A DNA stretch of 64,000 bases from Patescibacteria group bacterium UBA2773. Its GTDB lineage: Bacteria; Patescibacteriota; Minisyncoccia; Moranbacterales; DUUL01. Within the stretch, counting starts at the first letter, position 1. The number at the start of each line of letters is the position of its first letter. The notes beneath the pieces are model-generated. The model saw only the letters and a list, made by a program, of their open reading frames with translations. It was not told where the DNA came from and did no database searches. Below, piece after piece: positions 56,276 through 64,000 of the stretch. Made by a program: the position numbers and the translations under genes. The stretch lies in contig DEIN01000014.1 of NCBI GenBank assembly GCA_002352465.1, positions 4,429 to 68,428 on the forward strand. Direction: 5' to 3'.

Positions 56276-57775
56276 TTAATTCAACTTCTTTTTTAGTATT
56301 TCCATCGCTACCTGCGGATTAGCTTTCCCACCAGTTGCTTTCATTATTTGCCCCATTAAAAACCGAACAGCATTTTCTTTTCCCTTGTTATAATCGGCTA
56401 CAGAATCTGGATTTTTGGCAATCACTTGCTCAGCAATTTTCTCCAACTCACCCATATCCGAAGTTTGCGCTAATCCCATCTCGTCAATCACATGACTTGG
56501 ATCAGAGCCTTTTTCAAACATTTCTCGCAAAACAATTTGAGCAGCCGAAGAATTAATTTCCCCTTGATAAACTATTTTAATTAATTCCGCAAAATTTTCA
56601 GGAATAATTTTAATGTCTTGAATGTTCAGACCTTGATCAAAAAGTTGTTTTTGAGTTTCCGTTAAAAGATAATTAGCCGCTAATTTATAGAGTTTTTGCT
56701 GTTGCTCTTCTGAAATTTCCTCCTCAGTGTTTTGCATCCAATCATCCAATTCACTACAAATTTGCTCAAAATAATCCGCCATTTCCTTATAATCTACTAA
56801 GATTTCCGCATTTTGCTCAGTCAGTCCCATTTGCCGAATAAATCTTTCACTTCTCTCCCACGGTAATTCAGGCAAAGATTTTCTAATTCTGTCAATTTCT
56901 TCCTCAGTGAATTTCAAATGCAAAATATCTGGCTCCGGAAAATATCGATAATCATCAGCGTTTTCTTTGGTTCGTTGCGAAAAAGTTTTACTTTTTTCAT
57001 CACTCCAACCTCTCGTTTCTTGAACTAATTTTTTTCCCGCGTCTAAGACTTTAGTTTGTCTTTTTATTTCATACTCAATCCCTCTCTCAATCGCCTTAAA
57101 AGAATTAATATTTTTCAATTCTACTTTGGTTCCCGAAATTCGGTCTTCTCCGTCTTTATACAAAGAAATATTAGCCTCACATCGCATTTGACCCTTCTCC
57201 ATATTAGCAGTTGAAATTCTCAAATACCGGAAAAGCCTTCGCAGTTCCGTGCAAAATTGTTTCGCTTCTTGAGCCGAAGTCAAATCAGGTTCACTCACCA
57301 ATTCCATCAAAGGCACACCCGCTCGATTAAAATCAACCGAAGTGCTTCCGTTGGAATGCCTTAATTTCCCCGTGTCTTCCTCTAAATGAATTCGAGTAAT
57401 TCCAATTTTAGTTTCTTTCTTCTCACCCGCTTTGTTAAAATAATCAAAAACCAATTCACCTTTTCCGCAAATTGGTTGATCATATTGAGAAATTTGATAA
57501 CCTTTGGGTAAATCTGGATAAAAATAGTTTTTTCGATCAAATTTGGTTTCATTGGCAATCTGACAATTCAAAGCCAATCCAGCTCGCATCACGTATTCAA
57601 TCGCTTTAGCATTTGGGACTGGGATTGCTCCTGGTTGAGCAGTGCAAACATCACAAATATTTTGATTTGGTTTTTTAGTCAGTCCCATTCCATTTTTGCA
57701 AGAACAAAACATTTTACTGTCCGTCCCCAATTCTACATGAACCTCCATTCCAATCGTCACTTTATATTTTATCAT
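56276..57775 (-). CDS. gatB: Asp-tRNA(Asn)/Glu-tRNA(Gln) amidotransferase subunit B
   Basis: 499 aa with conserved GatB N-terminal and central regions and a C-terminal GatB/YqeY domain. Confidence 0.9.
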   Translation of the reverse strand: MIKYKVTIGMEVHVELGTDSKMFCSCKNGMGLTKKPNQNICDVCTAQPGAIPVPNAKAIEYVMRAGLALNCQIANETKFDRKNYFYPDLPKGYQISQYDQPICGKGELVFDYFNKAGEKKETKIGITRIHLEEDTGKLRHSNGSTSVDFNRAGVPLMELVSEPDLTSAQEAKQFCTELRRLFRYLRISTANMEKGQMRCEANISLYKDGEDRISGTKVELKNINSFKAIERGIEYEIKRQTKVLDAGKKLVQETRGWSDEKSKTFSQRTKENADDYRYFPEPDILHLKFTEEEIDRIRKSLPELPWERSERFIRQMGLTEQNAEILVDYKEMADYFEQICSELDDWMQNTEEEISEEQQQKLYKLAANYLLTETQKQLFDQGLNIQDIKIIPENFAELIKIVYQGEINSSAAQIVLREMFEKGSDPSHVIDEMGLAQTSDMGELEKIAEQVIAKNPDSVADYNKGKENAVRFLMGQIMKATGGKANPQVAMEILKKKLN

Positions 57776-57874
57776 AACAAAAAATTATTTCTTATAATAA
57801 TCTTCAAAACAAACCTGTTTTCCAATAGTTTACACTAATTAAAAAAATCTGCAAAACTTATTGCATTAAATAGG

Positions 57875-58060
57875 ACTGTTTCCAATTACAATTTTGCCTG
57901 CCTCGCCAAAGCTTTAGCGTCGGTGGGTGACGAAATTTTCTAGTTTTGAGGTAAATTTTTTTAAAATTTTTGAAACTTTAGCGTTAGCTAAGGCAAAACA
58001 ATTTTTAGAAAATTTAACCAAAAATATAAAATTGCAGTAAAAAGGGTGATTGGAAACAAT
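57875..58060. mobile_element. Miniature inverted-repeat element, copy 2 (about 186 bp)
   Basis: Terminal inverted repeats ACTGTTTCCAATTAC ... GTGATTGGAAACAAT. The interior is colinear with 19657-19826. It is wedged between the stop of the LysM-domain gene and the gatB start. Confidence 0.65.
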
Positions 58061-58078
58061 CCTTAGACAACAAATTAA

Positions 58079-59605
58079 CTAACTTTTTGGAATTCTAATT
58101 TTTGCTCCTGAGTCCAAGGCTTGATGAGAATTAATAACCGCTGGATTTAATTTCTCTAAAGTTGATAGCTTAAAATTATTATTTTTAGCAACTGCGCTCA
58201 AAGAAGATTTTATTTCAATGGCCACTTTTAACCCAATTTTTTGCCCAAGCACAATTTTATCTTTTTTTATCCTATTTTGTTTTCTAACCAAATCCAATAA
58301 AGAAAAAACTGATAAATTAAATCCTCTTTTCTTGTTTTTTAGTTCCTTCTTGAATCTTCTAGCTATCGACAATAATTCATCTCCCTTTTTAACTGAATAA
58401 CTCAAGCTAGCAATTTCATCTTTCGGCACTTCTTCAAGAAAATATTGTAAAGGCTTGGCTGAAAATTTCTTTTCCAATTGTTCCTCTTTGATAACCTCTA
58501 AAATCGCATAAAATTTCTCTGGATAATTTAAATTTTCCAAAGAAGACCCAAGCTCAGAAATTTGAGTTTCAAGACTTTTCGGAATTTTCAAAATTTGATC
58601 CGCTTGAATATCGTCAGTTTTCAAACCATTTTCCTTTAGAATATCTTCAATTGAAATTTTATAATTCTTAGAAATAACCGTCAAATTTTCACCCGACTTA
58701 ACTTTATATTCCAAATTTTTTTCTAGAATAAAATTATTAATTCGATCTTCTCGCCACTTCAAATAATCCTCATAATTTAAATCTGCTTTATTTTCTTTAG
58801 AAAGTCTATGTTTTTTAGGATATCCACCGTTATATCTAGCCAAAGCCAAGCTCCAATCATTATTTAATCTTTCATAATTTTCTTTCAAATATTGAGCGCA
58901 AGCTCGAGCGCTTTTGATTGGATCACAACGTTCATCAATTTTATCATCGATAACCAATCCGAGTGCTCTAGCAGTCTCTGCTTTAAATTGATAAGGTCCT
59001 TTAGCTTCAGCTTTAGAAAAAGCATCGAACTGAAAGTGAGATTCTGGAATTGTAAGATAAACAAATCCTTCTTCTTCTGGTAAACCCTCTTTTTTAAATT
59101 CAGCCTTCATCCCTGAAATCCAGGATTGCATTTTTTCCATCGTTTCAAGCAAACCCAAATGATTTTTTCCGCTCTCGTTGTCGCTTTCCGAACAATCTTT
59201 TGGCTTTTTAGAATAACTTTTCTTCCATCTAGCTTGAATTGCTCGTTTAGTTTCTTTATCTATAACAACTTTTCCTTCTGCTCTCAATTGAGCTTCCACT
59301 GTTTTACCAATAATTCTGGCATCATCTTCGGCTATTTCAATTTGAGATTGAGTTGCTTCTTCTGATTTTTCTTCGTTTTTAACTTTTTCTCCAGAATCAT
59401 CAACACTTACACTTTTAAAGCAATTGACTAAATATTTTCCGGCAAAACCAGTCAAAGCAAATACAGAAGTAGAAGCCAGGCCCTTCACGAAAGTCCTCCG
59501 ACTAATTCCTTCCGATTCTTCTTCTTTTTTATTTTTAAACTTTTTTCTTCTTTCTAAATAATCGGTCCTTCTGTCTATCTCACTAACTTCTCCAAAATTT
59601 TCCAT
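58079..59605 (-). CDS. LysM-domain lytic transglycosylase (SLT domain, MltD-like)
   Basis: SLT motifs ES.F...AGA.G..Q and DER.DP...AACAQYL....W.LALARYNGG; C-terminal LysM-like repeats; N-terminal SRRTFVKGLA twin-arginine-like signal. Confidence 0.6.
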   Translation of the reverse strand: MENFGEVSEIDRRTDYLERRKKFKNKKEEESEGISRRTFVKGLASTSVFALTGFAGKYLVNCFKSVSVDDSGEKVKNEEKSEEATQSQIEIAEDDARIIGKTVEAQLRAEGKVVIDKETKRAIQARWKKSYSKKPKDCSESDNESGKNHLGLLETMEKMQSWISGMKAEFKKEGLPEEEGFVYLTIPESHFQFDAFSKAEAKGPYQFKAETARALGLVIDDKIDERCDPIKSARACAQYLKENYERLNNDWSLALARYNGGYPKKHRLSKENKADLNYEDYLKWREDRINNFILEKNLEYKVKSGENLTVISKNYKISIEDILKENGLKTDDIQADQILKIPKSLETQISELGSSLENLNYPEKFYAILEVIKEEQLEKKFSAKPLQYFLEEVPKDEIASLSYSVKKGDELLSIARRFKKELKNKKRGFNLSVFSLLDLVRKQNRIKKDKIVLGQKIGLKVAIEIKSSLSAVAKNNNFKLSTLEKLNPAVINSHQALDSGAKIRIPKS

Positions 59606-59640
59606 ATTTTTTGTTTTAAGTTTTTCAAGTTAAAAAATCC

Positions 59641-61434
59641 TTATTTTCTTTTCCGATCAACATAACTAGTATGCAAAAGTTTTTCAGACAAATATCCCCC
59701 CGGTTCTTTCAAAAAATCCTCATATATTTTTTTAACTTCTGAATTTTCATGAGATTTTCGAATTGATAAGCCCTTATCTCGATCATAAATTGCCTTACGT
59801 CTTTTCGCTCTAATTTCTTCATTAACTGGAGTCGGTTGCCCACCTCCACCTAAACAACCACTAGGACAAACCATAATCTCCACAAAATCAAATTCACATT
59901 TCCCAGTTTTGATATCTTCTATTAATTTTCTAGCATAACGAATTTCGTGCGCCACTGCCACTTTAATTTTAATTTCTTGAACCGAACATCTTGATTTAGG
60001 AATAATTATCTCAGACTGTTTGATTCCCTTGCTTCCTCGAACTTCTTCGAAATCTATCTTACCCAATTCATCACAAGTAATTTGCTCATAGGCCGTTCTC
60101 AACGCCGCCTCCATCACTCCTCCAGTTGAACCAAAAATCACTCCCGCTCCGGAAGAAACCCCCATAGTTTTATTAAATTTTCCATCTTTTAAATTCAAAA
60201 AATCAATTCCTTTTTGCTTAACCATTCGAATAAATTCATTAGCCGTAATCACAATATCAGTATCCAAATTTTTCCCGTCACCCAATTCAGATCTTTGAGC
60301 TTCATATTTCTTAGCGGTACAAGACATTACTGAAATATTAACAATATTTTCCGGTTGAATATTTTTCTGATCAGCGTAATAAGTTTTAATCAACGAACTC
60401 AACATTGCTTGTGGAGAACGACAACTCGATAAATTAGGAATTAATTCTGGATAATATTTTTCAACATACAAAACCCAAGAAGGACAACAACTGGTAAACA
60501 TCGGAAAAATAGCCTCTTCACCTCTTATTTTCTTCTTAATCCGACCAATCAATTCATTAGCTTCTTCCATAATCGTTAAATCAGCTGCGAAAGTAGTATC
60601 GAACACCAAGTCTGCCCCCAATTTTCGCAAAGCCGTAATTATTTTTCCTTCCACCAAAGTCCCTGGTTCCAACCCAAAGGCTTCTCCGATTGTAAACCGA
60701 ACTGACGGCGCTACTTGAAAAATTTTAATTTTTTCGCTATTTAATAAAACTTCATCTAATTTTTTAATATTACTTTTTTCTGTAATAGCCGCTGTTGGAC
60801 AATGAGCAACACATTGACCACAATAAATACAATCCAACGGAATTTCACCCGGAGTTCCCACATTAGTTTTAATATTTCGATAGTTAACTCCATAAGAATC
60901 GATAGTCTGAATTAATTGACAAGCCTTGATACAACGTCGACATTCAATACAATATTGATTATCCCGATGAATCGAAGGATTTTTATCATCAACCACTCGA
61001 TTTTTTAAACTATTTTTCAATAACTTCAGTTGCTCTTCTTTCGAAAAATCTTTTTCGTTCGGAACAAAATCATCTACATCGATTCCTAATTTTATCGCCA
61101 AAGTTTGTAATTCACAATTACCATTACTAACACAAAAACTACATTTTCCAGCGTGATCAGCCCAAAGCAATTCCAAATTATAGCGCCGAGCTCTTTCAAT
61201 ATCAAAATCTTCAGTAATTACTTCCAATCCCGCCTCAACTTTCGTTTGACAAGAAGTCACCAAACCTCGATGTTTATTAGTTTTTACCAAGCACATTCGA
61301 CAAACCCCCTCTGACAGCCCCAAATCACTATGTTCACACAAAGTTGGAATAAAAATTTTATTCTCTCGACAAACTTCTAAAATTGTTTGCCCTGCTTTGG
61401 CTCGATAAGTTTTATCATCTATTTTTATTTCCAT
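59641..61434 (-). CDS. hydA: [FeFe]-hydrogenase catalytic subunit with an N-terminal 2Fe-2S / NuoG-like ferredoxin module
   Basis: H-cluster motifs TSCCPSW and MVCPSGCLGGGGQP; N-terminal Cys clusters. Confidence 0.85.
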   Translation of the reverse strand: MEIKIDDKTYRAKAGQTILEVCRENKIFIPTLCEHSDLGLSEGVCRMCLVKTNKHRGLVTSCQTKVEAGLEVITEDFDIERARRYNLELLWADHAGKCSFCVSNGNCELQTLAIKLGIDVDDFVPNEKDFSKEEQLKLLKNSLKNRVVDDKNPSIHRDNQYCIECRRCIKACQLIQTIDSYGVNYRNIKTNVGTPGEIPLDCIYCGQCVAHCPTAAITEKSNIKKLDEVLLNSEKIKIFQVAPSVRFTIGEAFGLEPGTLVEGKIITALRKLGADLVFDTTFAADLTIMEEANELIGRIKKKIRGEEAIFPMFTSCCPSWVLYVEKYYPELIPNLSSCRSPQAMLSSLIKTYYADQKNIQPENIVNISVMSCTAKKYEAQRSELGDGKNLDTDIVITANEFIRMVKQKGIDFLNLKDGKFNKTMGVSSGAGVIFGSTGGVMEAALRTAYEQITCDELGKIDFEEVRGSKGIKQSEIIIPKSRCSVQEIKIKVAVAHEIRYARKLIEDIKTGKCEFDFVEIMVCPSGCLGGGGQPTPVNEEIRAKRRKAIYDRDKGLSIRKSHENSEVKKIYEDFLKEPGGYLSEKLLHTSYVDRKRK

Positions 61435-61473
61435 TTAATTTGTATAATTATAGAATTTTAAAATATGAATATA

Positions 61474-61562
61474 TTTCGAGGAAAAGCCGAGCAACGAAGT
61501 GAAATGTATTAAATGATACATTAAACGAGTAGCGGAGGCTTTGACAAAGAAATACGCCAGAT
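61474..61562 (+). repeat. Composite intergenic repeat, copy A4 (TTCGAGGAAAAGCCGAGCA...TTTGACAAAGAAATACGCCAG)
   Basis: Immediately downstream of the NuoF-like gene stop. Confidence 0.5.
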
Positions 61563-61563
61563 T

Positions 61564-62781
61564 TTAAAATTCCTTTATCATTTTATATCTAATCACATCT
61601 TTTAAGGCCACCACCGAAAATTTTCCCAATGGACAAAAAGTAGTATTATCCAAAGTCCAAATTAATTTATGCAAATCTTGTCGATCATTTTGATCAAAAT
61701 CTCCGCTGACTAATCTTTCAATAATGCTTTTTAATCTGAACGTTCCTTCTCGACAAGGCACACATTTTCCACAAGATTCCCGTTGAAAAAAATTGATCCA
61801 ACTTAATAATATTTTTTTCAGATCTTCATTAGCCGAAACCGCTAAAATCGCCCCAGATCCAATCGGAATTACAGCACCTCTTGAATAACTTGGAATTTCA
61901 CTTAATAAAAATCGAGGAACAATCCGCCCAGAGCTTCCTCCAACTTGAATAAATTGTATTTCAAAACCCTCCTTCACTCCACCCGCTGTCCGAATAATTT
62001 GCTCAATTGTATTATCCATTGTCAATTCATATAAACCTGGTCTCTCCACAGCTCCATCAACCGAAAAAAGTTTGGTTCCGGGTGAGTCTGGTTTTCCAAT
62101 TTTAGCAAATTCTACCGCTCCATTTTCAATAATCCAAGCAACATTTGCCAAAGTTTCCGCATTATTAACCACCGTTGGTTTTCTGAATAAACCACTGTCG
62201 CAAGGATAGGGTGGTTTAAGCCGAGGTTCTCCTCTTTTTCCCTCCAAAGAATTTATTAATGCCGACTCTTCCCCACAAATATAAGCCCCCGCTCCATAAA
62301 AAATTTCTAATTCCAAATCAAATTTTGAAGCTAAAATATTTTTTCCCAATAAATTATTCTGATAACAATCCTCAATCGCTTGTTCAATTTTTTGACCAGC
62401 CATTGCAAAAGTTCCGTTGATATAAAGAAAAGCCTTACTAGCACCAACCGCATAAGCTCCAATAATCATTCCTTCCAAAATTTGATGTGGACTATTTTCC
62501 CCCAAGCTTTTATCCTTAAAATTTCCTGGCTCAGATTCATCCAAATTGCAAATAAAATATTTCTGATCACATTTTTTAGTCGCTACTATTTCCCATTTTG
62601 AACCAAGTGAAAAACCAGCGCCTCCTCTCCCTTGAAGCTTAGATTTTTTTAATTCTGCCACCACTTCAGTAGACTTCATTTTCTTCAAAACTTTTCTTAA
62701 AGCTTTATATCCGCCCACTTTCAAATAATCCTGAAAATTCAAGCTTTCTCCAATGACCCAATCTTTAGTTAGAATTTTCAT
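61564..62781 (-). CDS. NuoF-like (51-kDa) NAD(H)/FMN-binding hydrogenase subunit (HydB-like, short form)
   Basis: GRGGAGF, FMN-site and C-terminal 4Fe-4S motifs (CGKCVPCREG). At 405 aa there are no extra ferredoxin domains. Confidence 0.8.
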   Translation of the reverse strand: MKILTKDWVIGESLNFQDYLKVGGYKALRKVLKKMKSTEVVAELKKSKLQGRGGAGFSLGSKWEIVATKKCDQKYFICNLDESEPGNFKDKSLGENSPHQILEGMIIGAYAVGASKAFLYINGTFAMAGQKIEQAIEDCYQNNLLGKNILASKFDLELEIFYGAGAYICGEESALINSLEGKRGEPRLKPPYPCDSGLFRKPTVVNNAETLANVAWIIENGAVEFAKIGKPDSPGTKLFSVDGAVERPGLYELTMDNTIEQIIRTAGGVKEGFEIQFIQVGGSSGRIVPRFLLSEIPSYSRGAVIPIGSGAILAVSANEDLKKILLSWINFFQRESCGKCVPCREGTFRLKSIIERLVSGDFDQNDRQDLHKLIWTLDNTTFCPLGKFSVVALKDVIRYKMIKEF

Positions 62782-62825
62782 TTTCAGATTATCTTTATTA
62801 AATATTTTTTTAAAAAAATAATAAA

Positions 62826-63269
62826 TTAATATCCCAAATAATTTTGAATTAATTCAATCACTTTATCCGTAGTCATTTTAGTATAAATAGTTCCGTTAAT
62901 TTTAACCACTGGCCCCTCCAAACATCGCCCAACACAACTCATTCGCTTTAGAACGAATTGATTATTGAAACTATCCACTTTTATCTTGAAAAAAGTTTCA
63001 ACATTTTTAATGATATTGTCTGAATCTTTAATTTGGCAATTAGCTCCATCACAAATTTCCAACGTCAATAAAGCTGGTTTATTAAAATTAATTTCATCAT
63101 AAAAACTAGCTACACTAAAAATATAAGCTTCACTCTCTCCAAAATATCGAGCAATTTTTCCTATTGCTTCTTCTGAAACCCAGCTCAAATTCTGATTAAT
63201 AGCCTTAATAGCCGGCAAGATATTTTTCTTTTCCGGTTCATGCTGAAGGAGAATTTCTTGTATTGTCAT
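62826..63269 (-). CDS. NuoE-like (24-kDa) thioredoxin-fold [2Fe-2S] subunit (HydC-like)
   Basis: CDGANC ... CVGRC cysteine pattern. Confidence 0.75.
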   Translation of the reverse strand: MTIQEILLQHEPEKKNILPAIKAINQNLSWVSEEAIGKIARYFGESEAYIFSVASFYDEINFNKPALLTLEICDGANCQIKDSDNIIKNVETFFKIKVDSFNNQFVLKRMSCVGRCLEGPVVKINGTIYTKMTTDKVIELIQNYLGY

Positions 63270-63409
63270 TTATTTCTATATTAATCTTCTACTTTTAAAT
63301 AATACCTTATTATTAAAAATAATTCAACGATGAAATAATTACTATTCAATCTAGAAAACTTCTTAATTTAATGCTATTATTAATTTACTTAATTATTATA
63401 AAAAACAAA

Positions 63410-63937
63410 ATGAAAAATAAAATAATTACCCTAGCTCAATCAAAAACTTGGATTGGCTATAAAACTTCTGAATTAACTTGGACAATTGGATTGGCTGTCG
63501 CTATCATAATTACCCCAGCAATTTTAGCCCATACATCCGCTAATCAAATCATCACAGGCACAATTGTCAACGCCTTGCTTTTTTTAGCCGCTTATAAATT
63601 ACCATTGGTGAACGCCTTAGCAATAGCCATCTTTCCTTCTACAGTCGCCCTATTAAGAGGCCTGCTTCCAGCTCCGATGGTAGCCTTAATTCCTTTTATT
63701 ATAATTTCCAATGCTATTTTAATTTCCACTTTTTCGGCTTTCAAAAAAACACCCTTGGTTGGTGTTTTAACTGCTAGTTTATTAAAATTTGGTTTTCTTT
63801 ATGGCATTACCTATTTTGTAGCCAGCCGACTGAACGCCGACTTGATCACAATGTTTCAGTGGCCTCAACTAATCACCGCTTTAATTGGAGGTTTTGTTTT
63901 CCTGACCTTGCTAAAAACTTTTTCAACCAAAAATTAA
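63410..63937 (+). CDS. Polytopic membrane protein (possible ECF-transporter S-component-like)
   Basis: 175 aa with 5-6 TM segments. I chose the ATG at 63410; the track ORF starts at 63371. Confidence 0.3.
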   Translation: MKNKIITLAQSKTWIGYKTSELTWTIGLAVAIIITPAILAHTSANQIITGTIVNALLFLAAYKLPLVNALAIAIFPSTVALLRGLLPAPMVALIPFIIISNAILISTFSAFKKTPLVGVLTASLLKFGFLYGITYFVASRLNADLITMFQWPQLITALIGGFVFLTLLKTFSTKN

Positions 63938-64000
63938 GCAACTCGTTTTAATTCTGTTTCAGTTTCTTGCTCTTGTTTTTCAATCCATTTAATGTCTTTT

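Noticed and set aside
1-64000. Alternative genetic code (UGA or UAG/UAA recoding), considered because of the two in-frame stops in the RhuM-like gene
   Set aside because: All other genes terminate normally with TAA/TAG/TGA and show no internal stops, so recoding is not supported. Pseudogenisation is the simpler reading.

Overview
This is an AT-rich (roughly 30% G+C by eye), gene-dense bacterial chromosomal segment that reads cleanly in the standard genetic code. It holds about 60 protein-coding genes, almost all on the minus strand. I found no rRNA, tRNA or CRISPR array.

Recognisable core genes:
- The start of a dcw cell-division cluster (mraZ-rsmH-ftsL-ftsI, with ftsI running off the left edge).
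- The dnaG-rpoD pair and rmuC.
- A four-subunit pyruvate:ferredoxin oxidoreductase operon (porG-porD-porA-porB).
- A LutB-like Fe-S protein, a DsbA-like protein and a DEDD exonuclease.
- holA, holB, mutM, polA and gatB.
- Two GT4 glycosyltransferases, an L,D-transpeptidase and a LysM/SLT lytic transglycosylase.
- A three-gene [FeFe]-hydrogenase module (hydA plus NuoF-like and NuoE-like genes).

This suggests an anaerobic, fermentative, probably uncultivated low-GC bacterium. A C-terminal-Phe lipoprotein next to LolA-like and MMPL/RND genes hints at a diderm envelope.

Unusual or accessory content:
- A miniature inverted-repeat element family (two full copies and related fragments).
- Several other intergenic repeat families, including a composite repeat that always follows minus-strand stop codons.
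- A 40-nt element that sequesters a Shine-Dalgarno site, shared by the mraZ leader and a 23-codon leader ORF in front of a lone KAP-family P-loop NTPase, itself flanked by repeats.
- A RhuM/Doc-family toxin-like gene inactivated by two in-frame nonsense codons, immediately upstream of two NUDIX hydrolases.
- A roughly 700-bp G+C-enriched region with no ORF and strong hairpins (candidate structured RNA), next to a small zinc-ribbon ORF.
- A lipid-export-like cluster: thioesterase-like gene, ACP, sensor kinase, MMPL transporter, LolA-like protein and a large lipoprotein.
- A five-gene operon with two tandem S51-peptidase paralogs that share an identical 5' end.
- A small acidic ORF inside the por operon.
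- An rpoD with a lysine-rich, histone-like N-terminal extension.

All calls rest on reading the sequence and the supplied ORF translations. I ran no database search, and coordinates of non-ORF elements may be off by one or two nucleotides.
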